Positions 16,972 to 25,094 of a stretch of 64,000 nt of DNA are shown here, one piece after another (within the stretch, counting starts at the first letter, position 1; each line of letters starts with the position of its first letter). Source of the stretch: an uncultured Verrucomicrobiota bacterium (GTDB lineage: Bacteria > Verrucomicrobiota > Kiritimatiellia > CAIKKV01 > CAYSLU01). The stretch spans positions 3,700 through 67,699 of the forward strand of contig CAYSLU010000014.1 in NCBI GenBank assembly GCA_964431965.1. Direction: 5' to 3'. Position numbers and translations under genes: made by a program. The notes under the pieces were generated by a model. It was not told the DNA's origin, ran no database searches, and saw nothing but the letters and a program-made list of their open reading frames with translations.

Positions 16972-19452
16972 TCAGGACGTCCGCGCGAAATCGTGCTCCA
17001 GGCGCGCCTGGAAGACGACGATGTCGGCGAACACCTTCTTCAGGAGCGAGCGCTCCAGATGGGACAGCTCCGCCAGGTTGATGTAGTTGTCGGGTGGCTC
17101 CCCGCGGCGGACTTGGGCTCCCTGGTGCGCGAGGCGCATCTGCATGAGCGCGGTGTAGGACTGGACCAGTTCGTCGCAACTCGCGGGCAGCAGCACGCCG
17201 TGGTCCCGAAGTCGGGCGAGGCGCTCCAGGGTGTTGGTCTCGGGCACGTGATGCCGGAGCGCGTACATGCGGGCGAAATTGACCAGCGGGATGATGGCGC
17301 TCTTGATGTTGAACGTCGCCGGATGGTGGCCGCCGGATTCGAGCTGAATGCCGCCGAAGAACCCGCGCGGAGCTTTGAACCGGAGGGTGCTTTGCGCCAG
17401 GTGGAAGAAAAACTCCGGCTGACCGGGAGCGAGCAGCTGCTGAAGGTGCTGGCGCAGTTGGGTGACGTGCCCCGTTTCGCCGTAGACACTGCGGAAGTCG
17501 AAGAAGATGTTCACGTCGAGCAGGTCCTGCGGATTGGCGGCCGTGACGCAGTCCGTGAAATACTGGCGCCACCGGCCGATCGGCTGGCACCACTTCGGAT
17601 TGTCGGCCATGGTTTCGCCCTTGCAGCGCCGGTAGCCGACCGCGTCGAGCCATCCGCAGACGCGCTGGCCGAGCGTCAGAAAATAGGTGGGCGTGTCTGC
17701 GCCATCGGCGTAGATGATGGCGTTGTCCTGATCGGTGGCCAGCGTCTGTTCGCCGCGCGCGACGCTGCCAAAGGTCACGAACGTGTAGGGGACCGGCGGC
17801 GGGCCGAGCTCCGCTTCCGCCAGGGCAATCAGGCGCGTGGTGATCGCGTCCGCGACGCTCGACATGATGCGGGTGACGTGCTCGACGCGCGTGCCGGCAT
17901 CGAGGAGCGATGTGACCAGTTGCGGAAGCTGGAGGCCGCAGTCCTTGAGTTCGTCGGGCGACTGCGCCCGTTCGATCTGCCCGAGGAGCAGCCCTACGGC
18001 GTGGCGCTGGGCGTGCAGGATCGCCGTGCCGGGCAGGACGCCTAGGGTGTTGCCCTGTTCGGCGGTGACGACCAGGTGCTGGACGCCGCGCTCGTGCATG
18101 AGTCGGGCGGCCTCGAACAGGAGCGCCTGCTCGGAGATGCGCACCAGGGGCGCGCTCATGATGGTGGAGACCGCCTGCAGCGGATCGCGGCGAGCGGCCA
18201 GCACGCGGTCGCGCAGGTCCCGGTCGGTGACGATGCCCACCGGTTCGCCGCCGGGCGCCTTCACGAGGATGGCGCTGGCCTTGGCGTGGGCCATCGTGTC
18301 GGCGGCCTTGGCGATGGGGGTGTCGAGCTCGCATGACGCGTGCGACAGTATCGCCGTCTTGAGGGGGCGCATGGCTAGCGGCAGCGTGGTTTGCAGCTCG
18401 GCCAGGAGCCGTTGCAGGGTTTCCTCCGTTCGTTTGTGGGCGGTCACGTCCTTGAGGGAGATGATCTGGCCGGTGCGGTCGCCGATCTGCACGGGGGCGG
18501 ACGTGAGGACCACGTCGGCAGCCGTGCCATCCTTGCCGATCAGGCGGGCGTGCTGGTCCGAGACGGGCTCAATGAGCCGGTCCAGGGGGAGGTCTGTCAG
18601 TTCCTGCTCCGAGTAGCCGAGCCGTTCGAGCAGGTGCTTGTTCGCGTACACCGGGCGATCCTGCAGAACCATGAGAATGCCCTCCGTGGTCCCTTCGACG
18701 AGCAGGCGGTATTTCTCCTCTGATGCGCGCAACGCCGTTTCCGCATGCCAGCGCTGGCGGTCCAGACTGAGGCCCTGCTGGACGATGTAGGCCAGCAGCA
18801 GCGCGATGGCGATGGAGATGCCGATGGATACCTGCAGGCTGCGGCGGGTGATTTGGGCGATCTCGGCGCGAACGTCTTCGAGGTAGACGCCGGTGCCGAT
18901 GATCCATCCCCACGGGGGAAATCCTTTGACGTAGGAGAGCTTGGGCGCCACCCGGTGCTCGTCGTCCTTCCACTGCCAGAGGTAATCGGTGTAGCCGTCG
19001 CCCTGCGCTCGTACCAGCTTGACGAACTCGACGAACAGCTTCTTGCCGGTCGGGTCAGCATAGGCGGAGAGGTCCTGACCGTTCAACTCGGGCCGGTAGG
19101 GGTGCATGACCATGCGCGGATGGGTGTCGGTGATCCAGAAGTAGTCCTTGGCGTCGTCGCCATAGCGGAGGCGCTGGATGCGGGCGATGGCGGCCTGCTG
19201 GGCGGCTTCGCGGCTGAGGATGCCGCGCTGCTCCTGTTCGTGCAGTCCGGCCAGTTCGCTCCAAGCGGCCTGCGTCAACTCCCGGATCATCTCCTTCTTC
19301 CGCTCGATGATGGTGCGGCGCATGGTCGGGATGCCGACGGCGAAGATCAGGCCGAGGCAGAGTACCAGCGTCAGAGCAACCGGAGAGATGATGTTGACGG
19401 CCAGATGCCCCCACTGCAGTCGCGGGTGCGGCGCGCCATGGCTATCGGTCAT
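16972..19452 (-). CDS. Membrane sensor with Cache, PAS, a CBS pair and a DUF294-type nucleotidyltransferase
   Basis: ATG at 19452 follows GGAAGGAGAT. There is a TM helix, then a Cache-like periplasmic domain (YGDDAKDYFWITDTHPRMVMHPYRPELNGQD) and a second TM helix. A PAS-like segment, CBS repeats (PVGIVTDRDLRDRV, HLVVT) and an NTase motif (FVTFGSVARGEQTLATDQDNAIIY) follow, ending in a DUF294_C-like tail. The 131 codons upstream in the track ORF are Arg/Gly-rich and not protein-like. Confidence 0.8.
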   Translation of the reverse strand: MTDSHGAPHPRLQWGHLAVNIISPVALTLVLCLGLIFAVGIPTMRRTIIERKKEMIRELTQAAWSELAGLHEQEQRGILSREAAQQAAIARIQRLRYGDDAKDYFWITDTHPRMVMHPYRPELNGQDLSAYADPTGKKLFVEFVKLVRAQGDGYTDYLWQWKDDEHRVAPKLSYVKGFPPWGWIIGTGVYLEDVRAEIAQITRRSLQVSIGISIAIALLLAYIVQQGLSLDRQRWHAETALRASEEKYRLLVEGTTEGILMVLQDRPVYANKHLLERLGYSEQELTDLPLDRLIEPVSDQHARLIGKDGTAADVVLTSAPVQIGDRTGQIISLKDVTAHKRTEETLQRLLAELQTTLPLAMRPLKTAILSHASCELDTPIAKAADTMAHAKASAILVKAPGGEPVGIVTDRDLRDRVLAARRDPLQAVSTIMSAPLVRISEQALLFEAARLMHERGVQHLVVTAEQGNTLGVLPGTAILHAQRHAVGLLLGQIERAQSPDELKDCGLQLPQLVTSLLDAGTRVEHVTRIMSSVADAITTRLIALAEAELGPPPVPYTFVTFGSVARGEQTLATDQDNAIIYADGADTPTYFLTLGQRVCGWLDAVGYRRCKGETMADNPKWCQPIGRWRQYFTDCVTAANPQDLLDVNIFFDFRSVYGETGHVTQLRQHLQQLLAPGQPEFFFHLAQSTLRFKAPRGFFGGIQLESGGHHPATFNIKSAIIPLVNFARMYALRHHVPETNTLERLARLRDHGVLLPASCDELVQSYTALMQMRLAHQGAQVRRGEPPDNYINLAELSHLERSLLKKVFADIVVFQARLEHDFARTS

Positions 19453-19909
19453 GGGCTGATCTCCTTCCGCGGCAGTATATGCACTGGAGCGGACAGCGCG
19501 AGAAACTTCTGGAGCCGCCCGACGGAAGCCTTGAGATGCCAGCGACGGTCGGGCAAGGCGACGGAACCGGCTGCTCCGGGCGCCCCGGCCGGAATCCATC
19601 TGGGCTTCTCCGCCGGGCCGGCATTCCAGTCGGAAGAAGCGCTCCGGCGCTATGGCCCCCGGCCGCCGCCTCGTCGAGCAGGTCCTGATCGATCCGCTGC
19701 GCCGAGAGCCCTTGCTCCAGCGCCCGTTCAACCGGCTCCCGGAATGCTCCTTTCCGGAAGCATCCCAACGGGCTGAACCCTCCGTCAACGCGGTTGGCCG
19801 TGGCCGCCCGCCGACAGCATGTCGCGCCCAAGCCGATGCGGGCAAGGGACCGGTGCGCGGGAACGTGCGCCGCGCCCCGCCCGCCGCCGAAGCGCCGCTT
19901 CCGGGTATA

Positions 19910-19927
19910 TCGTGAAAAGATTCACAA
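19910..19927. promoter_or_regulatory. Rex operator (TCGTGAAAAGATTCACAA)
   Basis: 17 of 18 positions match the canonical Rex box TTGTGAA-N4-TTCACAA. It lies in the only AT-rich patch of the 540-bp spacer, about 70-90 nt upstream of rex. A TTGACG hexamer sits at 19934-19939. Confidence 0.7.
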
Positions 19928-19994
19928 TTAGAGTTGACGGCGGGACCGATATTCGAGAAAACTATATCGAGACTGAATTCTCGACTGAAGTGCG

Positions 19995-20684
19995 ATGCAT
20001 GGAGAGAGGTGCTGCGTGAACGTGGAACGGGTTGGGATCAAGGCCATCGCCGGGCCGTCGCTGCGCCGACTGCCCACCTACCTCCGCCTGCTGGCCGCCA
20101 TGGAGAAGGCCGGGGTGGAGCGCGTTTCCTGCACGGACCTCGCCCTCGGGCTGGCGCAGGACGCGACGCAGGTGCGCAAGGATCTGCACGCCGTTGGCGT
20201 GCAGGGCACGCCGCGCATCGGCTTCCCGGTGAGCGAGCTGCGGGCGGCGATCGTGGAATTCCTGGGGTGGAACCGGCTCGATGAGGCCTTCCTCGTGGGT
20301 GCGGGGAACCTGGGCCGAGCGCTGACGGCCTACGAGGGGTTCCGGATGGCCGGCCTGCGCATCGTCGCGGCCTTCGACCGCGACCCGGCAAAGGCGGGGC
20401 GGGAGGTGAATGGGGTGCGGGTCTTTCCGACGTCCAAGCTGGCGGACATGGCGCGCCGTCTGCGGGTTCACATCGGCATCGTGGCGGTGCCGGCCGAAAG
20501 CGCCCAGGAAGTGGCCGACGAGCTGGTCGGCGCCGGCGTGCGAGGGATCTGGAACTTCGCGCCGCGGAAGCTGCTGGCGCCCGAGGGCGTAGTGGTCGAG
20601 AACGCCGACCTGACTCCCAGCCTGGCATCGCTGACAGCTCGTCTGAAGTCGCTGCTGGCCGACCGGTCGCCGGAGATCCTCTGA
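19995..20684 (+). CDS. rex: Redox-sensing transcriptional repressor Rex
   Basis: Winged-helix region (SLRRLPTYLRLLAAMEKAGVERVSCTDLA) plus a Rossmann motif (FLVGAGNLGRAL). The start could instead be the GTG at 20016. Confidence 0.9.
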   Translation: MHGERCCVNVERVGIKAIAGPSLRRLPTYLRLLAAMEKAGVERVSCTDLALGLAQDATQVRKDLHAVGVQGTPRIGFPVSELRAAIVEFLGWNRLDEAFLVGAGNLGRALTAYEGFRMAGLRIVAAFDRDPAKAGREVNGVRVFPTSKLADMARRLRVHIGIVAVPAESAQEVADELVGAGVRGIWNFAPRKLLAPEGVVVENADLTPSLASLTARLKSLLADRSPEIL

Positions 20685-20685
20685 C

Positions 20686-21192
20686 GTGAAGCACGCACCG
20701 CCAATCGACCGGGACGGCGTGAAGCTCACGCGCGTCTTCGCCATCCTGGAGCGGAATCGCTACGAGCGGGCCCGGCTCATCCCCATCCTGCATGAGGTGC
20801 AGAAGGAATACACCTACCTGCCCGAAGACGTCCTGACCGCGGTGGCGACGGCGCTCGAGCTGCCGCCGGCCCACGTGTACGGGGTCGCCACCTTCTACGC
20901 GCACTTCTCGATGGAACCCAAAGGCAAGCATCGGATCCGTCTCTGCGACGGCACCGCCTGCCACGTCAAGGGCTCCGAGAATGTGCTGCGGGCCATTCGC
21001 GCCCGGCTTCAGCTGACCGGCCCACGACAGACGACGCCGGACATGATGTTCACCGTCGAGACCGTCTCCTGCCTCGGAGCCTGCGGGCTGGCTCCGGCCA
21101 TGGTCATCGACAACGACGTGCACGGACAGGTGACGCCCGATCGGGCCGTCGCCCTTGTTGACGCCATCCGCCAGCGGGAGGGATACGCATGA
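20686..21192 (+). CDS. hydC: NuoE-like [2Fe-2S] subunit of the NADH-linked [FeFe] hydrogenase
   Basis: Thioredoxin-like 2Fe-2S cysteines (LCDGTACHVKG...VSCLGACGLAPAMVIDN). Confidence 0.85.
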   Translation: MKHAPPIDRDGVKLTRVFAILERNRYERARLIPILHEVQKEYTYLPEDVLTAVATALELPPAHVYGVATFYAHFSMEPKGKHRIRLCDGTACHVKGSENVLRAIRARLQLTGPRQTTPDMMFTVETVSCLGACGLAPAMVIDNDVHGQVTPDRAVALVDAIRQREGYA

Positions 21193-23090
21193 CGGCCGTC
21201 ATCGATCACGCCGAGATCGCCGCCCGGTATCGGGCTGCCGCCGCGCGGACGGTCCGGCGGGTCATCGTCTGCGCCGGCACCGGCTGCGTGGCGAACGGAT
21301 CGCTGGATCTGCATGCGGCTCTGGCCCGGGAGATCGCGGCCGAAGGGCTGCCGGTGGTGCTCGAGCTGCGCCGGCATGAGGATGTTCCCGAGGGGGCGGT
21401 CCACGTGTCCCGCAGCGGCTGCCAGGGGTTCTGCCAGATGGGGCCGCTGGTGACCGTTCTGCCCGAGCGGATTCTGTACTGCCGCGTCGGCGCCGTCGAT
21501 GCACCTGAGATCGTCCGGGAAACCCTGCGAAACGGTCGCCCGGTTGAGCGCCTGCTCTACCGTGACCCCGTCACGGGCCAGCGCCACGCGGGAACCCACG
21601 AGATCCCATTCTACGCGCGCCAGACCCGGAGGGTCCTGGACCAGTGCGGGCGGATTGATCCGGATGACATCGGCGAGTACATCGCCCTCGGTGGCTATGC
21701 GGCTGCGGCCCGGGCGCACCGGGGGATGACTCCGGAAGCGGTGTGCGGGCTGGTGGCGCAATCCGGCCTGCGGGGGCGCGGCGGCGGGGGCTTCCCCACG
21801 GGCCGGAAGTGGGAGCTCGCGCGCCGGCAGCCCGGGGCGAGCAAGTTCATCATATGCAACGGCGATGAAGGCGACCCCGGGGCCTTCATGGACCGCAGCG
21901 TCATGGAGGGCGATCCGCACCGCGTCCTGGAGGGTATGCTGATTGCCGCCCGGGCGGTGGGGGCCGACCGAGGCCTCGTATACGTGCGCGCCGAGTACCC
22001 CTTGGCCGTCGAACGCATGCGCCAGGCGATCGCTTCGGCCCGTGCGGCCGGGCTGCTGGGGCCGGACGTATTGGCGACTGGCCGGGCATTCGACTGCGAG
22101 GTCATGGAAGGCGCCGGCGCGTTCGTCTGCGGCGAGGAGACGGCGATGATCGCCTCGATCGGGGGGAACCGTGGCATGCCGATGCCCAAGCCCCCGTTCC
22201 CGGCAGAGTCCGGCCTCGACGGTCTGCCGACGGTCATCAACAACGTGGAGACGCTGGCCACCGTGCCGCTCATCGTGCGCCACGGCGCCGATGCCTTCCG
22301 GGCGCTGGGCGTACCCGGCTCGCCGGGAACCAAGACGTTCGCGCTGACCGGGCACGTGGCCAACACGGGCCTGATCGAGGTGCCGTTCGGCGTCACGCTG
22401 CGCGAGATCATCTTCGGGATTGGCGGTGGCGTAACGGATGCTGCCGGGCGGCCGAGCCCGGACGGCTTCAAGGCGGTTCAGATCGGAGGCCCCTCCGGCG
22501 GCTGCCTCACCGCCGAGCACCTCGACCTGCCTCTGGACTTCGACTCGCTTCGACAGGTCGGCGCGATGATCGGCTCCGGCGGACTTGTGGTGATGAACCG
22601 CGACACCTGCATGGTGGGGATTGCGAGGTTCTTCATGAACTTCACCCAGGTGGAGTCCTGCGGCAAGTGCGTGCCGTGCCGCGAAGGCACCCGGCAGATG
22701 CTGGCGCTGCTCGCGGATCTCACGGAGGGGGGCGCGAAGGCGGATACCCTCCGGCTGCTTGAGTCGCTGGGGCGGGCCGTCCAGCGCGCCTCGCTCTGCG
22801 GCCTGGGGAAGACCGCCCCCAACCCCGTTCTGTCCACGCTGAAGCTGTTCCGGGAGGAGTACGAGGCACACGCCCGGGACGCGCGCTGTCCCGCCGGGCA
22901 GTGCCGGGCGCTTGCGACGCCCGCGATCGATCCGGAGCGCTGCAAGGGATGCACGGCGTGCGTGCGCAAGTGCCCGGCGGGCGCCATCCGCGGAGCCGTC
23001 CGCCAGCCGCACCGGATCGAAGTCGCCATGTGCCTGAAGTGCGGCGCGTGCAAGGCCGCGTGCAAGTTCGACGCCATTACCGGAGTGTGA
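21189..23090 (+). CDS. hydB: NuoF-like flavoprotein subunit (FMN/NADH binding, Fe-S) of the [FeFe] hydrogenase
   Basis: ATGA overlap with hydC. Motifs GLRGRGGGGFPTGRKW, CNGDEGDPGAFMDR and ESCGKCVPCREG. The C-terminus has 2x[4Fe-4S] (CKGCTACVRKCP, CLKCGACKAACKFDAI) and the N-terminus has a 2Fe-2S module. Confidence 0.9.
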   Translation: MTAVIDHAEIAARYRAAAARTVRRVIVCAGTGCVANGSLDLHAALAREIAAEGLPVVLELRRHEDVPEGAVHVSRSGCQGFCQMGPLVTVLPERILYCRVGAVDAPEIVRETLRNGRPVERLLYRDPVTGQRHAGTHEIPFYARQTRRVLDQCGRIDPDDIGEYIALGGYAAAARAHRGMTPEAVCGLVAQSGLRGRGGGGFPTGRKWELARRQPGASKFIICNGDEGDPGAFMDRSVMEGDPHRVLEGMLIAARAVGADRGLVYVRAEYPLAVERMRQAIASARAAGLLGPDVLATGRAFDCEVMEGAGAFVCGEETAMIASIGGNRGMPMPKPPFPAESGLDGLPTVINNVETLATVPLIVRHGADAFRALGVPGSPGTKTFALTGHVANTGLIEVPFGVTLREIIFGIGGGVTDAAGRPSPDGFKAVQIGGPSGGCLTAEHLDLPLDFDSLRQVGAMIGSGGLVVMNRDTCMVGIARFFMNFTQVESCGKCVPCREGTRQMLALLADLTEGGAKADTLRLLESLGRAVQRASLCGLGKTAPNPVLSTLKLFREEYEAHARDARCPAGQCRALATPAIDPERCKGCTACVRKCPAGAIRGAVRQPHRIEVAMCLKCGACKAACKFDAITGV

Positions 23091-23093
23091 GCC

Positions 23094-25094
23094 ATGATCA
23101 CCCCCACCGTGACCATCGACGGTCGGCCAGTCGCCATCGCGGATGAAACCAACCTGCTGGAGCTGATCCGCAAGGCCGGCATCGAGCTGCCGACCTTCTG
23201 CTATCACTCCGAACTGAGCGTCTACGGGGCCTGCCGGCTCTGCATCGTCGAAATCGAGGGCCGGGGCATACAGGCGTCGTGCTCGGTCAGACCGGAGCCC
23301 GGCCTGGTCGTCCGCACGCACACGCCGGCCCTGCGTGAGACGCGGAAGATCACGATCGAGCTGCTGCTGGCCAACGGCCACCAGGGGTGCGTGACGTGCC
23401 GGAAGAGCCCGGACTGCAAGCTGCTCGATATCGCCCGCCGGCTGGGCGTGGACACAATCCGCTTCCGCGCCACGAAGGACTCGGCGCCGGCCGATGAGAC
23501 CAGCCCGTCGCTCGTCCGCGAGCCCGGCAAGTGCGTGCTCTGCGGCGACTGTGTGCGCTTCTGCGATGAGATCCAGGGAGTGGGCGCGATCCACTTCGCG
23601 CACCGCGGGAGCCAGGCGGCTGTGATGCCCGCTTTCAACCGGGGTCTGGGGCACAGCGAGTGCGTGAACTGCGGGCAGTGTGCCGCGGTGTGTCCCACGG
23701 GGGCCATCCTGCCGCGAAGCCACACGAGGGAGGCCTGGGAGCTGCTGGCCGATCCGACCCGACGTGTCGTCGCGCAGCTGGCGCCCGCGGTCCGCGTCGG
23801 CCTCGGCGAGGCGTTCGGGCTCCCGCCGGGGGAGGCGGCCACCGGGAGGATCGTGGCCGCCCTGCGGGCTCTCGGGTTCGCCGAAGTTTACGACACCGCC
23901 TTCGCCGCCGACCTGACGGTTCTTGAGGAAGGCCATGAGCTCATGGGCCGCATGGCCGCCGGCGAGCGGATGCCGCAGTTCACCTCGTGCTGTCCGGCGT
24001 GGGTCAAGTTCGCGGAGCAGTACTACCCGGAGATCCTCCCTAATCTATCCACATGCCGCTCGCCGCAGCAGATGTTCGGATCGCTGGCCGTCGAACTGCT
24101 GCCGGCGCGGCTGGGGGTGGCTCGGGATCGGCTCTCCGTTGTCTCGGTCATGCCCTGCACCGCCAAGAAGTTCGAGGCGGGCCGGCCCGAGTTCGCGCGG
24201 GGCGGGCGGCCGGATGTCGACTTGGTCCTGACGACGCAGGAGCTGGTCGGGATGATCCGGTCGGCCGGACTCCGGTTCGAGGACCTGGGGGAGGCGCTCT
24301 TCTCGCAGCCGTTCGGCCTCCAGACGGGGGCGGGCGTGATCTTCGGCCACTCGGGAGGCGTTACGGAGGCCGTGGCGCGGTATGTGGCCGCCGGATGCGG
24401 ACGCGACGCCGCCGTGCGGGTCGAGATGCCGGAGCTGCGCGGCGAGGGGGCGGTGCGCGAGGGGGTCCTTCGCATTGGCGAGCGGGTGCTCCGCCTGGCG
24501 GTGGTGTATGGCCTGCGCGCGGCGCGCCGCGTGGCCGAGGCGGCGCGCCAGGGCGACTGCGCCTACGACTTCGTCGAAGTCATGGCGTGCCCGAACGGGT
24601 GCATTGGCGGCGGGGGCCAGCCCGTATCGACCGGCCGCTCGGCGCGCCGGAAGCGCGCCCGGGGGCTGTACCGTGAAGCCGGGGCCATCCCGGGGCAGGC
24701 GTCCCAGGAGAACCCGGCCGTCTCCGCCCTGTACGCGGGATTGCTGGGCGAGCCCGGCAGCCGGCGGGCCCACGACCTTCTGCACACCCGGTATCAGTTC
24801 CGGAGGCGGCATGCCGGGGAGGACATGGCGCTCAACCCGAGTGTCGCCGATCCGGCCCTTCGCGTGTCCGTCTGCATGGGCACGAGCTGTTTCCTGAAAG
24901 GATCGCAGGCGTTGCTTCGCGACTTCATGGAATGGCTTCGGCAGGAGGGGCTGGAGGATCGGGTGGACGTGCGCGCGACCTTCTGTCACGAGCGCTGTGA
25001 CAAAGGACCGACGGTGGAGATCGACGGCGAGGTGCGGGAGCATTGCTCGCTCGAGACGCTGAAGGGATGCGTAATGGAGCGAGTGGCCCCATGA
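23094..25094 (+). CDS. hydA: [FeFe]-hydrogenase catalytic subunit, multidomain trimeric (bifurcating) type
   Basis: The N-terminus has 2Fe-2S, a His-ligated cluster and 2x[4Fe-4S] (CVLCGDCVRFC, CVNCGQCAAVCP). H-cluster motifs are P1 TSCCPAWV, P2 MPCTAKKFEA and P3 EVMACPNGCIGGGGQP. The C-terminus has a NuoE-like 2Fe-2S domain (VCMGTSCFLKG...FCHERCDKGP). Confidence 0.9.
   Translation: MITPTVTIDGRPVAIADETNLLELIRKAGIELPTFCYHSELSVYGACRLCIVEIEGRGIQASCSVRPEPGLVVRTHTPALRETRKITIELLLANGHQGCVTCRKSPDCKLLDIARRLGVDTIRFRATKDSAPADETSPSLVREPGKCVLCGDCVRFCDEIQGVGAIHFAHRGSQAAVMPAFNRGLGHSECVNCGQCAAVCPTGAILPRSHTREAWELLADPTRRVVAQLAPAVRVGLGEAFGLPPGEAATGRIVAALRALGFAEVYDTAFAADLTVLEEGHELMGRMAAGERMPQFTSCCPAWVKFAEQYYPEILPNLSTCRSPQQMFGSLAVELLPARLGVARDRLSVVSVMPCTAKKFEAGRPEFARGGRPDVDLVLTTQELVGMIRSAGLRFEDLGEALFSQPFGLQTGAGVIFGHSGGVTEAVARYVAAGCGRDAAVRVEMPELRGEGAVREGVLRIGERVLRLAVVYGLRAARRVAEAARQGDCAYDFVEVMACPNGCIGGGGQPVSTGRSARRKRARGLYREAGAIPGQASQENPAVSALYAGLLGEPGSRRAHDLLHTRYQFRRRHAGEDMALNPSVADPALRVSVCMGTSCFLKGSQALLRDFMEWLRQEGLEDRVDVRATFCHERCDKGPTVEIDGEVREHCSLETLKGCVMERVAP

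Noticed and set aside
19453-19845. A 131-codon N-terminal extension of the Cache-PAS-CBS-DUF294 ORF.
   Set aside because: The extension is Arg/Gly/Ser-rich and has no ribosome-binding site. The internal ATG at 19452 has a strong GGAAGGAGAT and is followed directly by the first TM helix.
21009-23936. A 975-aa minus-strand ORF across the hydrogenase genes.
   Set aside because: It is antisense to hydB and hydA, which carry unambiguous Fe-S, FMN and H-cluster motifs. Its composition is Arg/Pro/Gly-rich.
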